A stretch of DNA of 63,953 nt, filler included, from Acidimicrobiia bacterium (GCA_046759765.1; 8 parts of 8 records of this genome joined end to end with filler, not necessarily neighbours in it); one strand, 5' to 3'; shown: positions 19,180 through 28,616, counted from the first letter of the whole stretch. The notes: generated by a model from the letters alone, not told the origin. Translations and numbers: made by a program.

Positions 19180-19684
19180 GAGCCGCGTAGCCGTTGCCCG
19201 GGTTGGCCGTCCACACGGCGTTGGCGGCGCCGTGACTGCCGAGTCGCTCTCGGATGATCCGGAACGTTTTCAGCCTGGAGCCCGGCTGACCACCGACGAG
19301 ACCCCGCGCCGAGATCTCACAGTCATCGAGGTGCAAAAGTCGGGGACCAAGGGTCTCATACTGCGCTTCGCGGAGGTATCGGAGCGGACCTCGGCCGAGG
19401 ACCTGAGGGGAGTGCTACTCACCATCGCTTCCGGTGAGCGCAGGGTCTTGGGAGAGGACGAGTACTGGCCTGAGCAGCTGAAGGGTCTCGAGGCCCGTGC
19501 TCCCGATGGGCGAACTTTGGGTTTCATCCAGGACGTGATTTCGGGTCCGTTTCAGGACCGGCTGGTCGTGGAGCTGGTTGGAGGACCCGTGGTCGAGGTC
19601 CCTTTTGTCGATGATCTGGTGCCCGAAGTCTCGATCCGTGGGGGCACCGTCACCATCGTGCCCATCGAAGGGTTGCTCACCTGA
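19163..19684 (+). CDS. rimM: Ribosome maturation factor RimM
   Basis: VGRPHGVGG, DEYW..QLKGL and VPFVDDLVPEV motifs; synteny; start uncertain. Confidence 0.92.
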   Translation: MSSSTESRVAVARVGRPHGVGGAVTAESLSDDPERFQPGARLTTDETPRRDLTVIEVQKSGTKGLILRFAEVSERTSAEDLRGVLLTIASGERRVLGEDEYWPEQLKGLEARAPDGRTLGFIQDVISGPFQDRLVVELVGGPVVEVPFVDDLVPEVSIRGGTVTIVPIEGLLT

Positions 19685-20525
19685 TATCGATGACCTTCGT
19701 GGCGGCTCCTTCGGAGCCGTTGACGACGAGCGAGACGGTTCCGACGGGGCCGGTCGGCACAACGAGGTCGTATTCACCCCAGAGGTCGCCCAAACTTGAC
19801 GTCTCGTCCTCAACCAGCTCGCTACCTGTCTGACTGGAGCGAACCTGCGCCGTCACCAAGGAGCTGCGCGCGTAACCCTGCACGCGGAGCGGATAGGTCT
19901 GCGTAAAACCGGTGGGCTGAGTTATCACAACCTGGTCGCCGACTTCCGGCGAGCCGATCGGTTCGGCGCCCGGTGCGAGGTCGATCGTGATGACAGCAGG
20001 TGATCGATCTACGAAAACCCGCGCGGCTGAAGGCGCAGCCAAGTGGAGGTCGACGAATAGCAGCCCTTCCTGGGACCTGACGACAAACGAGGCCTCGACC
20101 AGGCTGCCCTCAAAACGATGATCAACAACGGAAGTCGTCTCGATCGCCGGGTCGAGCATGATACGAATGACGCCCTCCTCGCGGAGGATGAGCGCTTTGA
20201 CCTCTCCTGCCTGTCGTGCGGGAGCCCCCCCTGCCGTGGACAGAGAGATTCTCAACCGTTCACAGCCTTCCTCAGACGTCAGACTCCAGGAGGCGAGGTG
20301 GCTCGCATCCGGCTCACCTTCTTGAAGGGAGATCGGTAGCTCTCCCGGTCCCTCAGAGAGAGGCGGATCGCCCAGCACACATCCTCCGACAGGAACGGTC
20401 GTCTCAACTGGTTCCGGTGGCGGGGTACTGGTCGTGCGATCGACAGAGGTAGGGGGTGGGGGAGCCTGGGTCGTCGGGCTGCAAGCAGCTAAGACCACCA
20501 GGAGAGCTATAGCCCTACCGGTCAT
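19677..20525 (-). CDS. Lipoprotein with AMIN-like and C-terminal Ig-like (Gmad2-type) domains
   Basis: Lipobox VLAAC, Pro/Thr linker; TACGGT 6 nt before ATG 20525; domain names tentative. Confidence 0.65.
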   Translation of the reverse strand: MTGRAIALLVVLAACSPTTQAPPPPTSVDRTTSTPPPEPVETTVPVGGCVLGDPPLSEGPGELPISLQEGEPDASHLASWSLTSEEGCERLRISLSTAGGAPARQAGEVKALILREEGVIRIMLDPAIETTSVVDHRFEGSLVEASFVVRSQEGLLFVDLHLAAPSAARVFVDRSPAVITIDLAPGAEPIGSPEVGDQVVITQPTGFTQTYPLRVQGYARSSLVTAQVRSSQTGSELVEDETSSLGDLWGEYDLVVPTGPVGTVSLVVNGSEGAATKVIDIR

Positions 20526-20581
20526 GGATCGACCGTAGCTCTCGCGGTGGCCAAGGGAGACCGTGATACCGTTGCTCGAAC

Positions 20582-21721
20582 ATGCGTCACCCGGCACCCG
20601 ACCCCGACCTCGCTCTCGAGTATCTGACGGGCGCCCGTCCGGAAGCTCCCCTGCTCGCGGCAGCACGCCGCCTGCGCGACGAGGGACATGGTCAGGTGAT
20701 CACGTACAGCCGCAAGGTATTCATCCCGCTGACCACATTGTGCCGGGATACCTGCAGCTACTGCACTTTCGCCAAGCCACCCGGTGCGGGCGGCCGCTAT
20801 CTCTCGGTCGACGAAGTGATGGCGGTGGCCAGGGGCGGTGAGAGCTCTGGATGCACCGAGGCACTGTTCACACTGGGAGATCGTCCCGAAGATAGGTGGC
20901 CACAGGCGAGGTCGTTTCTCGCCGAGGGGGGTTACTCCTCGACGCTCGATTACGTACGAGCGATGTCCGAGTTGGTCGTCACGGAGACATCGCTGTTTCC
21001 CCACGCCAATCCTGGCCTCATGAGTGACGGCGACATTCGTTCCCTTCGTCCGTCGAACCCGTCCATGGGTCTGATGCTGGAGAACATCTCGGAGCGTCTG
21101 ATGGAACCTGGTATGCCGCATCACAATTGTCCGGACAAGCATCCGGCCCTGCGCGTAGCCACCATCGAGTCCGCCGGTCGTTGGGGTGTTCCCTTCACTA
21201 CCGGGCTTCTGATCGGGATCGGCGAGAACCATCGCGAGGTAGTCGACAGTCTTTTCGCGCTGGAACGGCTCCACGCCAAGGGACGCCACATCCAGGAGAT
21301 CATCATTCAGAACTTCCGAGCCAAGCCGTCCACGCGGATGAGGCGGAGCGCGGAGCCGATACCCTCTTATGTAGCGAGAGTTGCCGCACTCGCCAGATGG
21401 GTCTTCGGTCCCGAGATGAACATCCAGGTACCGCCCAACCTCACGGACCGCTTCGAGCTCTACCTTGACGCAGGTGTCAACGATTGGGGAGGTGTGTCCC
21501 CGCTGACTCCCGACTGGGTCAACCCCGAGTTGCCCTGGCCGCATCTGTTGGAGCTGAAGGCGCGAACAGAAGCAGCCGGCTTCAGGCTGCTACCGCGGCT
21601 GCCGGTCTATCCCACCTTCATTGACTCAGTCTGGATCGACGAAGGCTTGCTTCCCTCGGTTTTGGATGCGACCGATGACCTGGGGTTTGCTCTGATCCCA
21701 CAATTGGAGGGTGTCTCTTGA
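20582..21721 (+). CDS. cofG: FO synthase subunit CofG (F420 biosynthesis)
   Basis: ITYSRKVFIPLTTLCRDTCSYC, PHANPG, IIQNFRAKP, QVPPNL and DWGGVSP motifs. Confidence 0.95.
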   Translation: MRHPAPDPDLALEYLTGARPEAPLLAAARRLRDEGHGQVITYSRKVFIPLTTLCRDTCSYCTFAKPPGAGGRYLSVDEVMAVARGGESSGCTEALFTLGDRPEDRWPQARSFLAEGGYSSTLDYVRAMSELVVTETSLFPHANPGLMSDGDIRSLRPSNPSMGLMLENISERLMEPGMPHHNCPDKHPALRVATIESAGRWGVPFTTGLLIGIGENHREVVDSLFALERLHAKGRHIQEIIIQNFRAKPSTRMRRSAEPIPSYVARVAALARWVFGPEMNIQVPPNLTDRFELYLDAGVNDWGGVSPLTPDWVNPELPWPHLLELKARTEAAGFRLLPRLPVYPTFIDSVWIDEGLLPSVLDATDDLGFALIPQLEGVS

Positions 21722-23592
21722 ACGAGGTTGTGACGTACTGCAGGGTCAGGCCGGCCTTGGCGATCAACGAGCTGGCCATCGCGACACGGCGCAAGGAAGG
21801 AACTACGACTCTGGAGAAAGGCCACTTCGAGCCGGACGAGATAAGTGTGACCGCGGGCGGGGGAGTACTGCCCGTGGAGACAGCTTCTGCCGACACCATC
21901 CCGGCGGCGTGGGTAGTCCCACCGGAGGTGGCGCTGGCATTGGCGTCACAGGGAATACCCGGCTGGCGCATAACCGTCGTCGACGAGGCGCCGCAGGAGA
22001 GCGTGCTGGACGGCATAGTTCGCTCGGAGGCGGCGTTCTTGCGCACCGGACGCAGCCAGGTTCCCGAAGCCGCGTCGCTGGGAAGGCTCCCGGGCGTCGA
22101 GGCACGAGTGTCTGTATTTGTTGACACCGTCGAGGACGCCGTCGCGGCGGTGGCTGCGGGGGCACGTGATCTGCTGCTTCGAGACTGGGACGCCGAGGGC
22201 ATCGGCGAGCTGAGAGATGCACTGCGGCCGGTGGGTCTCGTCGAGCGGGGAGCCTTGCCCTACGGCCTCTCCACCGACGACGCGCGCGGCTCTTTGCCCA
22301 AGGAACTGTTCCGGGCGTGGCTCGATCAGGTCGATGGATCCGGTGCCGTCCGGCCGCGGACCCCCTGGGCTCCCGGAAAGGAAGTCGGCGCCCCGGTCCC
22401 ACCGGATCGCTTGTCCTTCGAGTGGTCGGACCCACTCTGGGTGGGAAGTCCGGCCGCTGACAACCTGGAGACGGCATCCACCAGCGTCAAACCCATCCTG
22501 GCAAGGGCGCTCGAGGGATCGCCCCCCGGCACTGATGAGCTTGCCACTCTGTTCCGCGCCCGCGGCGCCGATGTTGAGGCGGTGGCCCGCACTGCGGACG
22601 AACTCCGGAGGCGGGCCGTCGGCGAGGTCGTCACGTACGTGGTCAATCGGAACATCAACTACACCAACCTGTGCTACTTCAAGTGCGGCTTCTGTGCGTT
22701 CTCCAAAGGACCTCGGAGTCTCAACCTGCGGGGCGACCCCTACCTCATGGACCTTCCCGAGATCGCGCATCGGGCCGAGGAGGCATGGGAGCGAGGCGCC
22801 ACCGAGGTCTGTCTGCAAGGGGGGATCCACCCCGACTTCACGGGTGAGTTCTATATCGAAGTCGTCGAAGCAATCCGTTCGGCAGTGCCGGCAATTCACA
22901 TCCACGCCTTTACCCCGCTCGAGGTCTGGCAAGGCGCCGAGACCCTCGGCATCAGTGTCAGGGACCTACTGCTGCGCCTACGCGACGCGGGCCTGGGAAC
23001 CCTGCCCGGAACGGCAGCCGAGATACTGGATGATGGAGTTCGTGCCTTTCTCTGTCCGGACAAGATTCGGACCGCGGAGTGGGCGCATGTGATGGTCACG
23101 GCCCACGAGCTCGGCCTGCGCTCCACCTCGACGATCATGTTCGGCCATATCGACGGACCAGAGAGCTGGGCCAACCATCTCGAGGTCCTCCGCCAAATCC
23201 AGCGGCGCACGGGCGGAATCACCGAGTTCGTGCCGCTTCCCTTCGTTCACATGGGTGCGCCCATCTACTTGCGGGGCCGGTCGCGGCCCGGACCAACCTG
23301 GGATGAGGTGGTTCTGATCCACGCGGTGGCTCGTATCGCCTTCGATGGCCTCATCCCCAACATTCAGGCTTCGTGGGTCAAGCTCGGCCTGGAAGCCGGG
23401 GCCCGGCTCCTTGATGCGGGCTGCAACGATCTGGGCGGCACGCTCATGGACGAGATCATCTCGCGATCTGCCGGCGCCTCGCACGGAACGGAGGTCACGC
23501 CCGAAGACTTTCGTACGGTCATCACCGCTGCCGGCCGAGTCCCGGCCCAGCGAAACACCGTCTACGAACTGGCCGAGAAAGAAAGGGCTTGA
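21718..23592 (+). CDS. cofH: FO synthase subunit CofH with ~270-aa N-terminal extension
   Basis: VTYVVNRNINYTNLCYFKCGFC, EVCLQGG, PGTAAEIL, NIQASWVKLG and NDLGGTLM motifs. Confidence 0.92.
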   Translation: MNEVVTYCRVRPALAINELAIATRRKEGTTTLEKGHFEPDEISVTAGGGVLPVETASADTIPAAWVVPPEVALALASQGIPGWRITVVDEAPQESVLDGIVRSEAAFLRTGRSQVPEAASLGRLPGVEARVSVFVDTVEDAVAAVAAGARDLLLRDWDAEGIGELRDALRPVGLVERGALPYGLSTDDARGSLPKELFRAWLDQVDGSGAVRPRTPWAPGKEVGAPVPPDRLSFEWSDPLWVGSPAADNLETASTSVKPILARALEGSPPGTDELATLFRARGADVEAVARTADELRRRAVGEVVTYVVNRNINYTNLCYFKCGFCAFSKGPRSLNLRGDPYLMDLPEIAHRAEEAWERGATEVCLQGGIHPDFTGEFYIEVVEAIRSAVPAIHIHAFTPLEVWQGAETLGISVRDLLLRLRDAGLGTLPGTAAEILDDGVRAFLCPDKIRTAEWAHVMVTAHELGLRSTSTIMFGHIDGPESWANHLEVLRQIQRRTGGITEFVPLPFVHMGAPIYLRGRSRPGPTWDEVVLIHAVARIAFDGLIPNIQASWVKLGLEAGARLLDAGCNDLGGTLMDEIISRSAGASHGTEVTPEDFRTVITAAGRVPAQRNTVYELAEKERA

Positions 23593-23646
23593 CAAACCGC
23601 TGTCTTTGTGACATCATTCTGACATCACAGGCAGAAGGAGATGTCA
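23589..23646 (+). promoter_or_regulatory. Promoter (-35 TTGACA) with TGACATCA operator repeats
   Basis: TTGACA 23589-23594; TGACATCA at 23609 and 23620 (11-bp period); inverted GATGTCA 23640-23646. Confidence 0.65.
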
Positions 23647-23777
23647 TGATGCTAGATCACTCAGTCGTTCGGGCTCTGCAGTCGAGATACGAGGCTCCAC
23701 CACCGGCGTCACGCAGGCGACGCAAGGAACGCGTTCGCAGGACGCGGGTTGTCCTCCGTCCGGCCCCGGCTCGCTGA
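23646..23777 (+). CDS. Small Arg-rich protein (43 aa)
   Basis: SD GAAGGAG 5 nt before ATG; TGATG stop/start overlap with the next gene. Confidence 0.55.
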   Translation: MMLDHSVVRALQSRYEAPPPASRRRRKERVRRTRVVLRPAPAR

Positions 23778-24217
23778 TGGACCCTGAAGCGGCCATCGCT
23801 GGTCTCGAGGGCGCGCTGGACCAGCAGCTGGTCGTGGCAGGTGCCGACCCGGTAGTGGAAGAGGCCGCCCGAGCTTTGATGGCAGCTCTTCAGGCTTCCA
23901 TCAAAGAGCTCACGATCGAGTTGGCAAGCGCGGCGGCGGCCGAGATTCAGGCCCAGCTGCCCGACTACAACGTCGAGGTCCTGATGGAAGAAGGAGAGCC
24001 GCGCCTGTCTGTTCGCCCTATCGAAGCGGAAGAAAAGGTCGGCCCGTCGGAGTACGAGGCCCGGGTCACCGTGAGGCTTCCCGACAGCCTCAAGGAGCTG
24101 ATCGAAGCCTCCGCCGGTGACGCAGGCGACTCTGTCAATACCTGGATCGTGAAAGCGCTCTCGTCGAAGACTCGACCCCCGCGTGGAAGTCGCGTGTCGG
24201 GAATCTACGAACTATGA
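23777..24217 (+). CDS. Ribbon-helix-helix (HicB-like/Arc) DNA-binding protein
   Basis: ARVTVRLPDSLKELIE..A...GDSVNTWIV RHH motif; typical neighbour of DUF4097 genes. Confidence 0.8.
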   Translation: MDPEAAIAGLEGALDQQLVVAGADPVVEEAARALMAALQASIKELTIELASAAAAEIQAQLPDYNVEVLMEEGEPRLSVRPIEAEEKVGPSEYEARVTVRLPDSLKELIEASAGDAGDSVNTWIVKALSSKTRPPRGSRVSGIYEL

Positions 24218-24972
24218 GTGAGCGGACCGAACGTCTCGAAGTTGGCGAGCGCCCCCGGGTCGAGCTGAGGTTCGGTTCCTCCGACACTTGGGTTAGGAAG
24301 GGCGCCGAAGGCCAAATCGACATCGTTATCCGGGGCAAGAACGTCGACGCGGTGATCATTGAGCAGTTCGGAGATCACGTTCGGCTCAGTCAGGACCGTG
24401 GCCGCCGTGCCCGCGTGCGGCTGGAGCTCGAAGTGCCGCAGAGAACTGAGCTCCAGGTGGCAACGGGATCTGGGAACCTCACTACTGACGTGCCGCTCCG
24501 CGCGTTGGACTATCGGGCCGGATCCGGCGACATCCGTGCCTCCGTTATCGAGGGCGACTGCGCTATCAAGACCGGCTCAGGCGACATCTACCTCGGCTTG
24601 GTGGAGGGTCGGGCGAGAATTGTTGCCGCCTCGGGCGATGTGCAAGCCGACCAGCTGGACGGTGATTCCAGCATCACCACCGCTTCGGGAGACATCCGCA
24701 TTGATCGCGCGAGTGGCCTTACCACGCTCAAAGCGGCTTCGGGGGATGTTGAGGTCTCGGAGTTTCTAGGTGCGGACTTGACGATCGGGACCGTGTCAGG
24801 CGACACCGCGATTGGCCTTCACGCCGGGAAGCGGGTGGATCTAAGGCTGTCGAGCGTTAGCGGGAGGGTGGCTATACCGGAGGCCACGCCTGCAGCAACG
24901 GAAGCCAAGGGTGACCAGAGGGTATCCGTGCGGACGGTTTCCGGGGACATTCGGATAGCACGGCTCTCCTAG
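24214..24972 (+). CDS. DUF4097 beta-strand repeat protein
   Basis: Repeated TGSGD/TASGD/TVSGD motifs. Confidence 0.9.
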   Translation: MSERTERLEVGERPRVELRFGSSDTWVRKGAEGQIDIVIRGKNVDAVIIEQFGDHVRLSQDRGRRARVRLELEVPQRTELQVATGSGNLTTDVPLRALDYRAGSGDIRASVIEGDCAIKTGSGDIYLGLVEGRARIVAASGDVQADQLDGDSSITTASGDIRIDRASGLTTLKAASGDVEVSEFLGADLTIGTVSGDTAIGLHAGKRVDLRLSSVSGRVAIPEATPAATEAKGDQRVSVRTVSGDIRIARLS

Positions 24973-25006
24973 CCGGGCTGCGCCCAACCAAGAGTCGGCT
25001 AGCTAG

Positions 25007-25735
25007 TCAGTCGCGCGCCTGGAGCGTCACGGCAGTTCCGGTGGCCGTAACCACCAAACTCCCGCCGATTTCGTGAACGGCTACTTCCGTGCCAACAACG
25101 GCGTGAGCGCCGCGGGCGACGGCATCGTCCAGCATCCGTTGTATGGCCACGGCCCGCGCCTCGCTCACAACAGCCTCGGGGTCCCCGGAGCTCTCCGTCG
25201 CGACATCACCTGCAACGACCCCCAAGTATGTGTCCACGTCCCATTGCGCCACGGTGTCGCTCGTGGCGACGATCGGCCTCCAAGTCGAACGCCCATCTTC
25301 CGACTCCACCCAACCTTGAGCCGTCTCCCGCCATCTCGAGCCCCACTCGACGCCTGGACTTGCGGCGACGATCCGTTCCTCGCCCTCTTCGGTGGCCGTC
25401 TCCTCGATGGGGACCTCGGCCTCCGCTTCGGAGGGCTCCGACAGCTCTTCGAGTTCTGAGAAGACCTGGGGATGCGTCTCAGGCAAATCGGTCTCGGCAT
25501 CGGAGGAGATCTCCTCAACGGCGGCGGCGACCTCTAATGAGGCCACGAGATCCTCTAGGTCTGCGTCTTCGCCGATCTCGGTGGCCTCGTCGGCCGCGTG
25601 TGGCTCCGCGACGGTCTCTGCTACTAGCTCCTCGGCTGGTTCTTCGACTGGCTCGGGGGTCTCCTCGTCGGCCGGTTCTTCGACCGGCTCGGCGGCCTCG
25701 GCGATGGGTTCTTCGACTGGCTCGGGGGTCTCCTC
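25007..25735 (-). CDS. Acidic-repeat protein with C-terminal YbjQ/heavy-metal-binding-like domain, 5' truncated
   Basis: YLGVVAG..EARAVAIQRM..A..RGAHAVVG..VTATGTAV; Glu/Pro-rich N-terminal region. Confidence 0.7.
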   Translation of the reverse strand, partial: EETPEPVEEPIAEAAEPVEEPADEETPEPVEEPAEELVAETVAEPHAADEATEIGEDADLEDLVASLEVAAAVEEISSDAETDLPETHPQVFSELEELSEPSEAEAEVPIEETATEEGEERIVAASPGVEWGSRWRETAQGWVESEDGRSTWRPIVATSDTVAQWDVDTYLGVVAGDVATESSGDPEAVVSEARAVAIQRMLDDAVARGAHAVVGTEVAVHEIGGSLVVTATGTAVTLQARD

Positions 25736-25736
25736 G
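25638..25736. repeat. Coding repeat (EETPEPVEEP)
   Basis: Exact 30-bp duplicate at 25638-25667 and 25707-25736 with a partial copy between; lies at the contig end. Confidence 0.9.
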
Positions 25737-25836
25737 NNNNNNNNNNNNNNNNNNNNNNNNNNNNNNNNNNNNNNNNNNNNTTAATTAATTAANNNNNNNN
25801 NNNNNNNNNNNNNNNNNNNNNNNNNNNNNNNNNNNN
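25737..25836. other. Artificial contig linker
   Basis: N run + TTAATTAATTAA + N run. Confidence 0.99.
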
Positions 25837-26424
25837 AGTGATCAACCGCTCCCGCTGAGCCTCCCGCAGAAGGCGGGCGGCCGGCTGTGGCTTCCCATGC
25901 TGGTAATGGCCCTGATGGGCTTCGCGGTGGGAATAGTCCTGGCCGTGATCCGGGCCAACGAGATCAGCAACGGCGGAGCGGCAGACACAATTGCGGCCTT
26001 GGGACAGTTCGTTCCGGCCGCGATGTTCCTCGGCTTCGCGGCTGTATTTGCGGCGATCTCATTTGCGATCGCGAGGATCCTGGGCGGACTCCGCACCAGC
26101 GGAGGGGCCGTTCAGCAGTCCGCCGGCGCCAAAGTCGAAACGCTCCGGACGCCCAAGACCGCCAAGGCGTTCATCGCCGGTATGGCTCTGGCGATGATGA
26201 CGATCCTGGTAGCGGTCGTGATCCACGTGGTAGTGGGTGCCGGTGTCCTTGCGGGCACCGTCTCGCTGGCCAGTGCTGAGCAATCGGCCATCTGGCTGGA
26301 GGGTGTACGCCGGATCGGTGTTGCGATCTACCTGTTCGCCATCGCCTTGGGGCTTGGAACCATCATCCATGTGTTGCGCTTCCAGGCGATCCGCATCCGG
26401 GAGCTACCGGGCGAAGCGCAATAA
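25837..26424 (+). CDS. Membrane protein of unknown function, 5' truncated
   Basis: Open frame from the contig start; four hydrophobic helices. Confidence 0.8.
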   Translation, partial: SDQPLPLSLPQKAGGRLWLPMLVMALMGFAVGIVLAVIRANEISNGGAADTIAALGQFVPAAMFLGFAAVFAAISFAIARILGGLRTSGGAVQQSAGAKVETLRTPKTAKAFIAGMALAMMTILVAVVIHVVVGAGVLAGTVSLASAEQSAIWLEGVRRIGVAIYLFAIALGLGTIIHVLRFQAIRIRELPGEAQ

Positions 26425-26466
26425 GCCGTCAGCTGTTAGCAGTCAGCTATCAGCTGTCCGCAATCA
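26425..26466 (+). repeat. Heptamer tandem repeat (GCNRTCA)x6
   Basis: gccgtca gctgtta gcagtca gctatca gctgtcc gcaatca. Confidence 0.75.
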
Positions 26467-26494
26467 GTGGGGCGTCTCTTAGGGGACGCCCCAC
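26467..26494 (+). terminator. GC-rich hairpin, probable terminator
   Basis: GTGGGGCGTC/GACGCCCCAC perfect 10-bp stem downstream of a gene; no strong U tract. Confidence 0.55.
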
Positions 26495-26546
26495 CCGCGT
26501 TCCTGTCAATCGGAGCCGTGGAAACTGCGGCTGAGATTGACAGAAA
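26495..26546. repeat. REP-like palindromic element, family 1 copy 1
   Basis: CGCGTTCCTGTCAATC...GATTGACAGAAA with inner stem; related copies at 35024 and 36973. Confidence 0.75.
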
Positions 26547-26573
26547 GCTCAGCCAGTACTCTCCTCCTCCGTT

Positions 26574-28616
26574 ATGGAGTGGTTCGCAAGACTCTGGTCG
26601 AAGGCGTTCAGGCCCGGTTCTACTGCCGGCCTGATCGTGATGGCCGGCATCGTCGGCGCCGGAGTAGGCGTGATGACGGTGCTGCTCGTCTTGGGCATCG
26701 AAGGTGTCGGCGAGGTGACAGGCTGGGCTGCGGACAACCTGCCGATCGAGTGGTTGTGGATGTTCATCACCGTTCCGCTGGGACTACTGGCCGCCTGGCT
26801 GATCGCTCGGCGTTTCGCTCCCGAGGCAGCCGGCGACGGCGTTCCCGAGGTCATTGCTGACCTGACCGTGCGGGGCGGATACGTCCGCACCAGGGTGATG
26901 TGGATCAAGACGATCGCCACGAGCTTGACCCTCGGAGCAGGCGGATCTGCCGGCCGGGAGGGACCCATCGTTCAGATCGGTTCGTCGGTGGGAGCTTCCT
27001 TCGGACGCTGGGCTCACCTGGGCGAAGACCAGATCAGGAGTCTGGTGGCCGCCGGGGCCGGAGCGGGGATCGGAGCCAGCTTCAACGCTCCGATTGCAGG
27101 CATGTTGTTTGCGATGGAGGTCATCCTCGGGGGGTTTGCCGTGAGGCACCTGAACACAGTCGTCGTTGCCTCCGTGACCGCAGCCGTCGTCAGCCGCAGC
27201 CTCATCGGGGAAGAGCTCACCTTTCCGGCCGTCAGGTACGCCGTCGCCCATCCGACAGAGCTCCTGGTTTATGCCGCTCTTGGCATCCTGGCCGTGGCTA
27301 CCGGCTGGCTATTTCTTCGTCTCCTGAGCGGATTCGAGGGCTTCTCCGCCGGTATGCGGAAGCTCCCAAGGTGGGTCACCCCTGCGGTCTTTGGACTGGT
27401 CGTGGCGGCCCTGGGTCTGGCTTCGGTGAGCCTCCATGACGGATTCGACCTCTCTAATCCTCCTGTGTTGGGCACCGGTCAGGACTTTGTCTCGATCATC
27501 CTCCGAGGGGGTACGTTCGCATGGTGGGTGTTCCTCGGACTGCTTGTGCTGAAGGTGGTGGCCACGTCGGCAACGTTGGGCTCGAAAGCATCGGGAGGCG
27601 CGTTCGCTCCGAGCCTCTTCATCGGAGCAATGCTCGGCGCTGGTTTCGCCAGCCTGCTAGCTCCGTTGTGGACTATCTCCGAGCTCCAGACCGGCGCTTT
27701 TGCGCTCGTTGGAATGTCCGCGGTCTTCGCCTCGGTTGCTCGCGCTCCTCTTACCGCCATCTTGATCGTCTTCGAGCTCACCCGGGACTACGGACTGGTC
27801 CTACCGCTCATGCTGGCGACCGCGCTCGCCACGCTGCTCACCGACCTGCTCCATCGCGACAGCGTTTACACAATGGCGCTGCATCGGATGGGAGTCCGGC
27901 TCCCCCGCCGTAGCGAGGTTGACCTACTCGACACCGTCCACGTCCAGGATGTGATATCGCCCGTGCCGCAGATAGTCGAGCCGTCGATGAGCCTCGCGGA
28001 GGCTCAAGAGGCCATGGATAGCTCCCGACACCACGGCCTACCCGTGGTGGAGGACGGCCGGCTGATAGGGATCATCTCGGTGACGGACGTCCTCCGGGCC
28101 GGCGGTCCTAATGCGGATATCGCCGCTCGAGACGCCATGACTCCCGACCCGACCACGGTCACCCCCTCCCAACCCGTCTCGCACGCCCTGGAGCGGATGG
28201 CGGCCCTGGGAGTCGGGCGCCTCCCAGTCGTCGCGGAACACGAAGCCACGAGGCTCCTGGGGATGTTTCGCAGGGAGGATGCGGTTCGCGCCTATCACCT
28301 GGCGCTCGGCACCGCGACCGCGGCCGAAGGAACCCGCGAGCGGCTCCGAATCCGCACGAGGCCTGGGACGCGTTTCTCCGAGTTCCAGATACGGCCGGGG
28401 TCGCCGGCCGACGGCCGTCACTTGAGCGAAGTGGCCTGGCCGGACGGTCTTACCATCGTGTCGATCCACAGGGAACGAGAGGTTCTCGTCCCGTCTGGAC
28501 ACACCCTCCTCCGCTCGGGAGATCGGCTGATTGCGTTCGGAAGCGAGGCTGCCGAGGATCAGCTCGAGGCGCGGCTTGCGCCGGGACGAGGGTGGGAAGA
28601 GGTTCCGGGCAGCTAG
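26574..28616 (+). CDS. ClC family chloride channel/transporter with CBS pair and RCK-C (TrkA-C) domain
   Basis: GDGVPE, GREGP, FNAPIAG, GGAFAP and RAPLT motifs; CBS pair (HGLPVV, RLPVV); IHREREVLVPSGHT. Confidence 0.95.
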   Translation: MEWFARLWSKAFRPGSTAGLIVMAGIVGAGVGVMTVLLVLGIEGVGEVTGWAADNLPIEWLWMFITVPLGLLAAWLIARRFAPEAAGDGVPEVIADLTVRGGYVRTRVMWIKTIATSLTLGAGGSAGREGPIVQIGSSVGASFGRWAHLGEDQIRSLVAAGAGAGIGASFNAPIAGMLFAMEVILGGFAVRHLNTVVVASVTAAVVSRSLIGEELTFPAVRYAVAHPTELLVYAALGILAVATGWLFLRLLSGFEGFSAGMRKLPRWVTPAVFGLVVAALGLASVSLHDGFDLSNPPVLGTGQDFVSIILRGGTFAWWVFLGLLVLKVVATSATLGSKASGGAFAPSLFIGAMLGAGFASLLAPLWTISELQTGAFALVGMSAVFASVARAPLTAILIVFELTRDYGLVLPLMLATALATLLTDLLHRDSVYTMALHRMGVRLPRRSEVDLLDTVHVQDVISPVPQIVEPSMSLAEAQEAMDSSRHHGLPVVEDGRLIGIISVTDVLRAGGPNADIAARDAMTPDPTTVTPSQPVSHALERMAALGVGRLPVVAEHEATRLLGMFRREDAVRAYHLALGTATAAEGTRERLRIRTRPGTRFSEFQIRPGSPADGRHLSEVAWPDGLTIVSIHREREVLVPSGHTLLRSGDRLIAFGSEAAEDQLEARLAPGRGWEEVPGS

